Assembly: GCF_001194135.2 (NCBI RefSeq)
Contig: NC_068983.1
Coordinates: forward strand, 115,518,293-115,553,570
Length of the DNA stretch: 35,278 nt
DNA from: Octopus bimaculoides
Lineage: Eukaryota
Direction of reading: 5' to 3'
Shown here: piece after piece, positions 8,728-19,984 of the stretch
Position numbering within the stretch: the first letter of the stretch is position 1
Layout of the letters: the number at the start of each line of letters is the position of its first letter
The notes under the pieces: generated by a model
What the model was told of the DNA's origin: nothing
Seen by the model: only the letters and a program-made list of their open reading frames with translations
Database searches by the model: none
Position numbers and translations under genes: made by a program

Positions 8728-11700
8728 AAGAATTGTTGTCACGGGGCATGCTGTGTCGATTATCATACATGTTCCTTCTTTTTTATTCACCGCACAACAA
8801 TGTCCGGTTTCCGATGTCTGCTCAGGTGATCGTACTGGAACATTGCACCCCACAGGATTTTGCAATTTTCATTTTCAGTTGCTCCTTCTGGTGTTGGCTC
8901 ATATCACGTTTTTGCTCTTTGTAGACCGTGATTTCCACAGAACTCTCAATGTATCATTCTTGCCACATTGTCGTGGCTTCTTTTGTATTCGCGTTGTGCC
9001 ATACCGTTTCACCTCTCTCACCACACATTCTGCATTTGTCACTATCGGTAGTGTTGTCTATTCTGCAATTCATATAACTGATCCTTAATGCTTGTTCCTG
9101 AGCTGCGCATATGAGTGCTTCTGTCTCTATCTTCAGGTCACTCTTCTTCATCCATAGCCACCGGTCCTCTGTATCTTTCTTGGCGTTCACACCTCTTGCA
9201 AACTGACCGTACATTTTTCTTTTCCCTCCATGCTTTTTTCTTTTTTCCTTTTTGTTCATTTCTTGTTTAAATCTTTCTTTAGTTCCACAATTTTCAGTGT
9301 TGATGACGCCGGCCTTCTTCGTGTGTTTCAACAGTGGCCCCCCGGCATTTTTTATATACCACACTAGGCTGTTTTCCGATGTTTCGATACAGTCCTGGCA
9401 ACAGATCAAACCTCTACCACCCTTTCTTCTGGAAGGTGTCACTCTTGGGGTGGGCACCCCGCGTATCAGAAGAGGGAGTTTCCAGTATACTGTCAACATT
9501 TTGTGGTCTTAGTATCCATTTTCTTCACTTCTCTCTTTTGCCATTTTATAATTCCCGCTACATACCAAAGTGATACTATCGCCCACGTACTGACTGCTTG
9601 GATTTTATTCCATCCAGTCGATTTTGAGCGCAACACCAACCTCAGTTGCTCTTTCATTTCCTTTTCCATTATCTCGTTAAACTCTTGTACACCAAGGTAC
9701 TTGTATCCTTCCATTTCACTTTGCTTAATCAAGTCTTTATTCGGTAATTCTATGTGTGTTAAGGACTGTACCTTGCCTCTTCTTAGGTAGATTATTCTGC
9801 ACTTCTAGAGTTCAAATTCCATTCTAATATCAGTACTAAAACAGTGCACTGTGTTCACCAAGGAACTCACTAGTGTCTCATTTTTGTCATACAGTTTCAA
9901 ATTATCTATGAAGAGGAGGTGATTGATTGTTTGGGATTCCCAGGTTCATTTTCCTAGGTACCAAGGTCGGGGGTATCATACAGAAAACAAAAACCAACGG
10001 AGATAAGCTATCACCCTGGAAACTCCCTCTTCTGATACGCGGGGTGCCCAAGCTTTTTCCGTAAGATGTCAATTCAGTTTTCCACACCACCATACTTCTC
10101 TTCAGGAAACACGTTACATTCCTCGTAATTCCAAACAGATCTAAGCATTCCATGATCCACGAATGGGGAATCATATCGTAAGCTTTGCGATTGTCAATCC
10201 AGGCCATTCCCAGATTTGTTTTACTTCTTTTACGATCTTGCATTATTATTTTGTCTATCAATGGTTGATTTTTGGTATCTCTGCATCTCCTTCTACAGAC
10301 TTTTTGTTCCGGCGGTAATATATCGTTCTCATCAAGAAATTTATAGTTTTTCTGCAATTCCTCTTGACACTAGCTTCCACATTAATGGGAAGCAGGAAAT
10401 TGGTCTGTAATTATCGGCAGCATTTCCCTTTAATGCATCCAACAGGCACAACACCGTTTGTCTTTTGGTCAGCTAGCCCGGGATTTCTTCTCCATTGATT
10501 ATTGCATTAAATTGCTCTGCGATCAATTTATGGCAACTACTGAACTTTTTTTTATCCAAAATCCCTGTACACCACCAGGTCCTGCTGCTTTCCGATTGCT
10601 TCTCTTTTTACTCATATTTCTTATACTGTCCTTTTTGAAGTGGATAGCCTCTTGCTGGGGATAAGAAGTTGTTTGTTTCAGGTTGCAGAGCCATTCAGCT
10701 GTAGTATTATGTTGTTCTTGCTTACTCCATATCTTACCCCAGAAAAGTCGACTTTCATCAGCATCAGGGACTAATCTTTCACGTTTTTATCATCATTAAT
10801 CTCTTGGTAAAATCTATTTTGGTCGGTTCTAAACAATTTGTTTTGCCAGCATTGCTTAATCCGATGTTCAAACCTAGTTAGCTTTGCTTTTTTTTTTTTT
10901 TTTTTTTTTTTGCATGTATTCACTGCTTCAGTTCTTCAATTACAACATTCAGGCCTTTTGTATCTACATCATAATTCTTCCTAACTTTTTTCGAATTTCC
11001 ATTCATTCTTAAGTGTTCCATTTCTTTTCCTCACAAGTATTGACACAACACTGTTCGAGGAATTTATATCTTCAGGAATTCTCTTTTCCCACCACTGTTG
11101 TTTATTTCTTCTTCTATCCGTCGCTCTTCCATTCTCAGTAGTTCTCAATCCTATCCTTTCCACCACAATCCTACAAGCAATCTTGATAAGATTGTTTCCG
11201 TGATGTTCTTTGTTTCAATGTGTCTCAGTACATTATTGACATTATTCGTCTCTTGATTTAGTCTTTATTGGTTAGCCTTCTTAAAGTCGCACATAAATTC
11301 TGTCCTTCCTCTATTTAATAGAACCAAAATTCTGTCTATTATTATTCGATCTTCATTATTTGAGTAGTTACTGACCTCAATTCTTTCACAATTCACGATA
11401 TTATATTCTTGCAAACAATTGTCCATCTCTTCCACTATACCACTTTCTCATTCCTCGTATGCCTAGCCTCGCCTGATATCCTTCTTGTAATAGCCTCTAG
11501 CTCCAATTCTGTTAACCATCCATTCTTTTGTATTGCACTTTCTTGGTCACATAATCTCTGTTCGGTAATTTCAAACAGATCCATTGCCTTCCATTCACTG
11601 AACATTCGTTTTCTGTACCCTCTAATAGGCACGCCATTCGCATCCACTAGGGTGCTCCGGTAGTAACACTCCATAACCATCATGTTTACCTGTTTACTCC

Positions 11701-12165
11701 ACTTATGTCTTGTAGCATGACTAGCAGTTGCTGGATTACGACCGGGCCCACCATGCTGCACAGTGGAGCACCTGCCGGGTGCGACACCTTCACCATTGGT
11801 TCCAGTCCCGTTCACACCGTTATTGTCCTATTTTACTTGGCATTTTCACTCACAAACGAGGTGTGTTTTTAGATTACTACCAACCGGTATTTTTATCGAG
11901 ACACCATTTCTATCAAGGTTGCTCCCCTGGTTTTCAACCCAGAGTGTTTCTTTTCCTAGGTTGCTTGCCATCCAAGGCTAACGAATAGTCTCTCCGGAGC
12001 ACTGGTTATTTGAAGGAGCCAGGTACTCACCTTTTCCCACTCATCTCCTGTTGGTTTGGAGAAGGATTCGGACTTGACTCTCGGAGGACAGGTCTTGCGC
12101 AGACCATTGGAGCATTTTATAAGTGATGGGCGCTCAATTTCCCTCACTACTCCGGCATTGACAGA
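8728..12165 (-). mobile_element. Dong/R4-like non-LTR retrotransposon (single ORF: N-terminal domain, RT, CCHC, REL endonuclease), near full length, decayed, 3' end missing (copy A)
   Basis: N-terminus [36 protein letters not shown] (11435-11815). RT motifs NYRPISCLPLM (about 10380-10412), [29 protein letters not shown] and [10 protein letters not shown] (about 9900). Then KGGRGL, CRMC..ET..H and the REL start KPDIVVVNKKEGTCMIIDTACP (about 8740-8810). Putative 5' UTR 11820-12165. Confidence 0.9.
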
Positions 12166-12524
12166 AAATTTTTTAGAAAACATAAAATAAAGTAAAAGAA
12201 TAAATAATATTTTTTGAATATTTTACACTTTCACAGACCAATTCAAATAGTAAACTAGTTTTTCTCGTTAGATTCAGTACCCTCTGAAAGACACGCCATT
12301 CGCATCTTCCTTGCGAAGAGCTTAAATTCCTAAAATTTACACTTTAATTCATTCATAATCATATGAAAGTTAGCTATTTGAAGTACCCTGACTGCTACAA
12401 TACTGAACCTATCGTTGAAGGCACACACATTACCCCCCCCTCTCTCTCTCCCTCCCTCTATCACTTTCTTTACTACTTTTGAAGATTACTTTTTGACATC
12501 GTAAAATTCTTCAACCGAAATCAC

Positions 12525-13700
12525 ATTATTATCATTCCTTCGTAACACAGTTTAGGTAAAAAATGCACCGGAGTCTTTACTCATCTGTCAAGTCACAACA
12601 AGGACATCAGACGGATAATACTTTCCTTAAGATGTGCGCTGTGCCCAATTAGGCTGCTTTTTGCAAGACATTAATCTTGCATGAAATTTCCAGTTGCCTT
12701 AAAAAGTCTTGAGGTTTCAATGGGATTGAGTCCAACACTCCGATCACCACTGGTATCACTTTTACATTACCCTCTCGCATTCCGTACAGTCTTGCCATTT
12801 CTACTTTCAATTCAGAGTACTTGCTGATTTTTTCAACCTCTTTACTCACAACATTCATGTTATTTGGTATGGCTACATCAATGATCTGACAGTATTTGTC
12901 TTTCTTATTCAATATGACAATATCCGGCCGACGGTGTTCGATTACACGATCCCTCTGAAAATCACAATTCCAGAGTAAAGTTACTTTTCCATCCTCCTGC
13001 ATAACTTTACTTGGTACATGCTCATACCAGTTCTTTGTTACTTCATACTAGTATTTATGGCATAAGAGCCAATGAAAATACACACACACTTTATCGTGGT
13101 GGCGCTTGTATTCTTTTTGTGAAAGGCTCTCACATCCACTTACCAAGTAGGTCGCATTTTCCACACTCTTTCCACAGAGTTTGCATTTCTGGGTGTCAGA
13201 AGTTTTATAGATGTTATATATCACTGAATTTGTAGCGAGAGTCTGGTCTTGTGCAGCAATGATCAGGCTTTCGGTGGTACGCTTCAAATCACCTCGCTCA
13301 AGCCATACCCACGATGCTGTATTATCCTCAACGTCTTGTGTATTCCTTTCAAACTGTTCATGTATTCTCATTTCAAGAAGGTCTTCTCTCTTCTCCTCAA
13401 CTCTTTGGTTAAACTCTTCCTTGCCCATCATTTCATTTGCATTTACACCCATATCTTTCGCGGCATATTGCAGCAGGTCTTCATCAGTTATCAAATACTC
13501 GGCAAGCATTCTCCTTCCACTCCTTATACAATGGTCTATAATAATTAGTCCACTGCCATCATTTTTTCTCTTTGTATACAGTCTGTTTATGTTTGCTTTA
13601 GGGTGTAGCGCCCCATGCAGTGTCATCAACTTTCTCTTCCTCCTATCCAGTGTTGATACTTCCTTTCTCTCATTGCTATTTCTTTCTCTCACTCCTTCTC
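12525..13700 (-). mobile_element. Dong/R4-like LINE, 5'-truncated copy with intact 3' end (copy B)
   Basis: LDRRKRKLMTLHGALHPKANINRLY, CKLCGKSVENATYLVSGC (CCHC), RRPDIVILNKKDKYCQIIDVAIP..KEVEKISKYSEL (PD..D..K REL core) and terminus KAA*LGTAHILRKVLSV*. Confidence 0.9.
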
Positions 13701-13782
13701 TGTCAGGGCTATTACTCTCACTACTTCTCCTTCACTGAATTACTATTTTCTCTCCTCCTCTGTGTCCAGCATGATTCTGGAC

Positions 13783-13821
<39 letters not shown>

Positions 13822-13823
<2 letters not shown>

Positions 13824-14300
13824 AACATGACAGTAATGTGTATAGTGCTCAGGTGCACTACAACTCATCAAAGGTGCATATACTGTACATAGAATTATGT
13901 ACAAAAGTCAGGAAAGTGAACAGTGTATGAGTCATGATATATATGTGTGCATGTCTATGGAGGTGGGGATATCAGGTGTAGTGTTGGTGAATTTTGGGAA
14001 GCATGGAGGTTTTAAAGGATGCAATGTCACAGCAAGTAACAACTGGTGCAGGTAGTTTGTTCCACGCTTCAGCAACTCTGAGGAAGAAAAAATGCTTCCA
14101 AAAGTCATGAGAGCTGTGCAGTTTTCTGACTTTGTACGCATGCCCACGTGTGTTAGACACATGGAGCTCAAAAAGGTGCTCAAGGTGATGGTTGGTATGA
14201 TGGTTAATAATTTTGTGAGTGTTTACCAAGTCAGTTGCCAAACATCAGAGCTTCAGTGTATCTATGCCCATGGAGGCAAGACGTTCAGATTATGGTAGAT
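13822..14300 (-). mobile_element. CR1-like LINE 3' end with 3' UTR and (TA)n tail
   Basis: ORF 13972-14241: NTRGHAYKVRK..FFFLRVAEAWNKLPAPVV..ASFK, the typical CR1/L2 ORF2 C-terminus. (TA)n at 13786-13821. Confidence 0.8.
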
Positions 14301-15571
14301 AACTGATGGTCAATTTTGCTTAAATTGCTATTAGTAATTTTTTTAATATATAATTTTGTAATATCAAATTTTTAATGTGTAAACTTGCAGGCAATTAGTA
14401 TTTTCACAAAAATTGAAAATAAATAGTTTCTTGAGTATTTTAATTTAAAATTTTATGTAAAATATAAAATATAAAAGGACATTTATTACTATTTTAGTTC
14501 TTAAATTCTAACATCGGCAACAATATTTTAAGTTTTTTTTTCCTGTCCTTTACTTTTTCTGTTTCGATACAAAAGAATATTCCAGCACTCTGTGCCTACA
14601 TTTTTCATTCTNNNNNNNNNNNNNNNNNNNNNNNNNNNNNNNNNNNNNNNNNNNNNNNNNNNNNNNNNNNNNNNNNNNNNNNNNNNNNNNNNNNNNNNNN
14701 NNNNNNNNNNNNNNNNNNNNNNNNNNNNNNNNNNNNNNNNNNNNNNNNNNNNNNNNNNNNNNNNNNNNNNNNNNNNNNNNNNNNNNNNNNNNNNNNNNNN
14801 NNNNNNNNNNNNNNNNNNNNNNNNNNNNNNNNNNNNNNNNNNNNNNNNNNNNNNNNNNNNNNNNNNNNNNNNNNNNNNNNNNNNNNNNNNNNNNNNNNNN
14901 NNNNNNNNNNNNNNNNNNNNNNNNNNNNNNNNNNNNNNNNNNNNNNNNNNNNNNNNNNNNNNNNNNNNNNNNNNNNNNNNNNNNNNGCAGTCTAATGACT
15001 GTAACAAGTAATACATATAAGAGAAAACTTGTCTTCGTGAACTGAAAATTTTCATCTATGTTAACGTTTCAAATGAGCCATTAAGAGTTACCTCCCTTAA
15101 CATATTAGGTTGGATGCAAATAGGAAAACCTATACTTTTTTTTTTTAGTATTTATTTAAATTGATAAGATAAATTATTGCTTTGTTAGCTTCATATTAAA
15201 TTTTATTTATAAATAGATTAACGTTATATAAGTGAATTTATAATTCCTAGAAAGAGAAAATAATGAATGCAGAAATGTATTTTTATAAAATAATATCAAA
15301 GTATCATAAAACATTAGATAGGAAAGGAATCCACATTCTCATCTAAAATTTACAATACAAGCAGTTTTTTTGTTAATACGAGAGTAATTTCCCTTAGAAA
15401 TGCAACACCTTTTGGCGATTGCATGAGCCTTTTTGAATTAATTAGAAATACTGTAAAAGATTTATGCCAAATCCAACAGTTCTCAGTTTACCAATTCTAC
15501 CTATCCTTGTTTCTCTTTAATTGTAAAAACCACAACTATCATTATTATTATTATTATTATTATTATGAATA

Positions 15572-15614
<43 letters not shown>

Positions 15615-15615
<1 letters not shown>

Positions 15616-16160
15616 AAATGCCCTGATGCAGTACCAGGCAGTGGCTCTCATGGCTTCTGATCTTAATTGATTGGAAGTGTTATCATGTACGTTGTTCTGT
15701 CTTGGTATAAAAAATGGACTACAGCAAATATTCTGCTCAATACCGCAGATTTACTTGTCAATTGTTTGACCTTTACCAGTTGAACATGTCCCTTAGTGGC
15801 TGACGATATGTGCATCTCTGATCATGAGCAGAAGTAGTGGGGGGAGCATCATAGTCACGTGTTGAAAGGAATTCTTCGGGGTTAGGATAATTCACCTTTG
15901 GAAACAGTTTTGTTCAATACCCTTAAATAATCCTTATTTGGAGACCTTTTGAGCCGGTTGGGCTACTTGACCTGAAAGGCCATGTGCTGTTTATCTTGAT
16001 ATGAGGTCACAATGTCACACACATATGGTTGTGATGCATGTGCCTGGTGTACCCTTATCAGACGGGTAGTCATGATGAGTATACTGGGCTTCATATATTT
16101 TACCCCAGAGTCATTGCAATTGCATGCACTGCTTTCTCACTCAATAATAATAATAATAAT
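15615..16160 (+). repeat. Unclassified interspersed repeat flanked by (GAT)n and (AAT)n
   Basis: Non-coding block with an (AAT)n tail. It resembles sequence I recall as recurrent in octopus DNA, which cannot be verified here. Confidence 0.35.
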
Positions 16161-16274
16161 ATTTCCCCACAGAATTACAGGCCTTGTGCCTTTAATAGAA
16201 AGGATTATTATTATTATTATCAATTTAGCAATGCGGTTGGTGGAAGCACCACTTAGGCATTCTATAGAGAGTTA

Positions 16275-17145
16275 GTGACAGGCAAGTGCGATAACATTCT
16301 TGGGAGACTCTGGGCATTGATGAGAATGAGTTGGCTGGTATGTCACAGAGGAATTTCGAGCCGGGGCCCATGGATAACTTCCAGAAATCCCTGGCCTGGC
16401 AGTGCTACTAGGAGATGGTGGGGGGGGGACAATGCCAGTTTGGGATAAACTCTACAGGCATGGAAGTGCCATCTGCCAGGCTTGCCCAATATGTGTGCAG
16501 AGCAACGAAACTGTTCTGCACGCCCTTGTCCAGTGCCCGAGTACTGCTGTCTTGTGGGTTTATGTCAAACACCTGCTATCGGATGTAGGACAAACCTGGT
16601 TATTCGTGAGTCCATCATGAAGATCACCCCACCACCTTCCTTTAGCTAAGAAGGGCAGGCAGTGTTTCTTTACCGAAAGTGGTTGTGTGGTGGACCAGGT
16701 TGAAAGGGCTGAAGACAAACACTTTCTTCTTGGGCCAAGCCCTCATCAACTTTTTCAAGTTTCTCTTGAAAAGGAAAATGAGGTAGAGAGGGAAGTGCTG
16801 CCTCTCATCAGTTTTGTTAAAAGGTGGGTGTATGTAATGTGAATGGGCCTACTCTAAGCACCTCTAGAATCTAGAGTCTAGATTGAGGGTAGATGAAGTG
16901 GAGAGGGTGCTTAACTTAGAGATCAGGACATTCGTGGTTTTTGTGGGGTTTCCATGAGCAGCCCTTGGAAGTCTTCCTTTTTGGAGGATTTACTCATTAT
17001 AACTTTTATTGCTATTCCCTTTTTACATGATTCAATCCCACTCTATACGTATTGCATTAACCTGTATTGTCCTCAGTCTTTTTTTATATGAACCCACAGT
17101 GGTTAATAAAGAAAGGACTACTACTACTACTACTACTACTACTAC
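16275..17145 (+). mobile_element. Tx1/L1-like LINE 3' end (zf-RVT region, 3' UTR, (CTA)n tail)
   Basis: MDNFQKSLAWQCY, then PVWDKLYRHGSAICQACPICVQSNETVLHALVQCP (CxxC..ET..H...CP zf-RVT). AATAAA at about 17104, then (CTA)n. Confidence 0.8.
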
Positions 17146-17404
17146 GGTGGTGAGCTGGCGAAATCATTAGCATGCTGGGCAAAATGCTTAGTGGCATTTC
17201 GTTCGTCTTTACATTCTGGGTTCACACTGGATGGAATGCTTAGCAGCATTCCGTCTGTACATTTAGAGTTCAAATTCTGCTGAGGTCAACTTCACCTTTC
17301 ATCCTCTTGGGGTCAATAAAATAAGTACCAGTTGAACAATGGGGTCGATATAATCAACTCATTCCCTCCCCCAAAATTGCTACCCTTGTGGAAAAATTTG
17401 AAAT
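17146..17404 (+). mobile_element. SINE family 3 copy with an internal partial duplication
   Basis: Head GGTGGTGAGCTGGCGAAATC; AATGCTTAG..CATT..GTC occurs twice; tail TTGCTACCCTTGTG..AAATTTGAAATC. Confidence 0.85.
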
Positions 17405-17426
17405 CATTTTTATTATTACTATTACT

Positions 17427-17620
17427 ACAATAGGCAGAAGGCCTGAAATTATAGGAGAGGGGACATCGAGTCCTGTGCTCAACTAGTACTTATTTCACCG
17501 ATCCTAAAATGATGAAAAGTAAAGTTGATCTTGGCAGAATTTGAACTCAGAACATAAAGACAGACGAAATGCCACCAAGCATTGTGTCCAGCAGGCTAAT
17601 GATCCTGTCAGCTCACCACC
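17427..17620 (-). mobile_element. SINE family 3 copy, inverted
   Basis: Reverse complement of the head (..CAGCTCACCACC at 17609-17620) and of GAGTTCAAATTCTGCC. Confidence 0.85.
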
Positions 17621-17635
17621 TTAAATGAACAAATA

Positions 17636-17853
17636 ATGGTTTCAAATTTTAACACAAGGTCAGCAGTTTTTGAGGGAATGGGGAAATTGATTATATCAAC
17701 CCCATTGCTTCATTGGTACGTGTTTATTTACCCCAACAGAATGAAAGGTAAAGTTGACCTCGGCAGAACTTGAGTTTAGAATACAAAGACAGACGAAATG
17801 TCACTTAGCATTTTGTCCAACAATTTGGCCTACAATTTTGCCTGCTCACTGCC
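17636..17853 (-). mobile_element. SINE family 3 copy, inverted
   Basis: GGTTTCAAATTTTAACACAAGG (tail, reverse complement), GAAAGGTAAAGTTGACCTCGGCAGAA and the reverse-complemented head CTGCTCACTGCC. Confidence 0.8.
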
Positions 17854-17854
17854 T

Positions 17855-17874
17855 TAATAATAATAATGATGATA

Positions 17875-17911
<37 letters not shown>

Positions 17912-17990
17912 CGATGATGATGAGGAAGATGATAATATTAATGATGATGATGAGGACGACGACGATGACGACAATGACAACAACAATAAT
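17855..17990. repeat. (GAT)n/(GAC)n/(AAC)n trinucleotide array
   Basis: Direct inspection. It explains the poly-D and poly-M ORFs. Confidence 0.95.
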
Positions 17991-18975
17991 AAGTTCCCAA
18001 AGTTCCCGAGTGGTTGTGTCAAACCACTCAGGAACTTCGCCTACAAGAACTCAAAATAACACTCATTGAACGTCAATACCCACCTACACTGAAACAACAT
18101 GGAATTAAACGTGCCAAGAAATTGGACACAAACATACTAAGGACAACAAAACAAAACACCACACCTCACCTTAAATCACTCCCATACATATCAACCCACA
18201 ATCCCAGAAACAATGACGCATACAATTATACAAATTATACAAAATCTCCCTCTGCTCACTCAAGACCCGAAAATGAACAGCATACTAAATACACGCAAAC
18301 TACTAAAATGCAAAGAGAAGACAAATCACTCAAGAGACTCCTAACAAATGCAAAACTATACTCAATACAAAAGATACCAACATTAAAAAAAATGCAGATG
18401 ACCTAATTGTGGTACATGCCCAAACCTACCTGAAGGCTCGGAATTCACATTCCAGCAAGGACAAAAATTCTCAATTTAGACCAACTTCACATGTGCTTCC
18501 CAGAGCCTTATCTATGTCCTAACCTGCTCAGGTTGTGGTCACAATTATGTCGGCCAAATGAGCCCTACTTTGAGATGCAGAGTCATGCTACATAAAGAAC
18601 AGATTTGTTTCCCTCAATACAGGCAGATAGCACTGAGCAGACACATTGAAAGATGCGCAAGTAAAACAATGCTGAATGTTCATATCTTCCCATTATACCA
18701 ATGCAAAGATTCAATCTCAGTACAAGAATGCCTAAACAAGGAAAACCTGTTCATACAAAAGTACAGACCACACCTCAATATACAACTTTGACCATTTAAA
18801 AAAAATTCTACTAAGGAGCCAGTTGTCCCCCTTGCCACGTGTTGCTTCCCTTGGTTTACTCTGTAGACCCATTCTTCTTATTCTTCAAACATCCAAAATG
18901 ACGAAACCTCACTGTCATGAGAATTGATTACTGTACAATGTCCCTTGAAAAGCTAATTTAAATAGCGAAAACTGG
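17990..18975 (+). mobile_element. Penelope-like element, 3' part: post-RT region, GIY-YIG endonuclease and pLTR-like tail, frameshifted
   Basis: RLQELKITLIERQYPPTLKQHGIKRAK..LPYISTHNPRN, then TNFTCASQSLIYVLTCSGCGHNYVGQ..TLRCRVMLHKEQI (GIY-YIG with CxxC) and KENLFIQKYRPHLN. Confidence 0.85.
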
Positions 18976-18985
18976 TTGGATTTCA
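18936..18985 (+). ncRNA. Degenerate minimal type I hammerhead-ribozyme-like motif
   Basis: GTCC-CTTGAAAA-GCTA(ATTTAAA)TAGC-GAA-AC(TG)GT-T-GGAT. Stem II GCTA/TAGC is perfect and followed by GAAAC, but the core CTTGAAAA deviates from CUGANGA. Confidence 0.5.
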
Positions 18986-19220
18986 CGACATCCATATAAT
19001 ATGTATATATTTATAAAAAGATATTAAACTGTATGAAATGGAGGCATTTATCTTCCACNNNNNNNNNNNNNNNNNNNNNNNNNNNNNNNNNNNNNNNNNN
19101 NNNNNNNNNNNNNNNNNNNNNNNNNNNNNNNNNNNNNNNNNNNNNNNNNNNNNNNNNNNNNNNNNNNNNNNNNNNNNNNNNNNNNNNNNNNNNNNNNNNN
19201 NNNNNNNCAATATTGCTATA

Positions 19221-19268
<48 letters not shown>

Positions 19269-19916
19269 CATTATCATTTCTATCAGTAATTCAAAATAGA
19301 AGAAGGAAGCTGAATTGGTTCTTTTCAAGGCCAATGTCAACGCGTAGGAATGCCCATTGCTGATCTCTTCACCATCTGCCGAATCTATTTACAGACCTGT
19401 GGAATTTAATCTATTCACCAAGCTGTCTCTCTTGCTCCTACTATTCCCTTAAACCCTCACATATTTATGATTATCTCAAGCACAAGACAAAAGTTGAAAC
19501 TAAACAATATTCAATAATACTTTTTAATAATAAATGGAAATAATAATAATGATGGTAATAATGGTGATGGTGGCAATAATAATAATAATAATAATTGACC
19601 TCTCCACCATTTGCCAACTCTATTTATAGACCTGTAGGATATGATCTATTCACCAAACTGCTGCATAACTATTTCCTCCAACAATGGTAGTGGTGGTGAT
19701 GGTGATAATGAAAAAAATAAAAATAACAATAATATGCTGCAACTGCTGATACTAAATACTACTAATACTACAATAATATCACAACTACTACTATTATGAT
19801 ACCACAGGAATCTGAGGCCCAACTACCACCCATACCACTACCCCCACCCTTGCTATTGTTGCTGTTGCTGAAACCACTGCATAAAAACAATAATATCAGT
19901 GACATCAGTGATGATG

Positions 19917-19962
<46 letters not shown>

Positions 19963-19984
19963 AAGGAAATGGGTGGAGCCTCAT

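Noticed and set aside
10889-10911. Long poly-T run suggesting a retro-insertion tail
   Set aside because: It lies in the LINE ORF at an A-rich Lys codon stretch with no TSD, consistent with slippage expansion.
15380-15480. Exon-like segments on both strands (NATPFGDCMSLFELIRNT on plus, FLINSKRLMQSPKG on minus)
   Set aside because: Short, weak donors and no recognisable homology.
17754-18069. Poly-Asp / poly-Met ORFs
   Set aside because: (GAT)n array running into the Penelope fragment.
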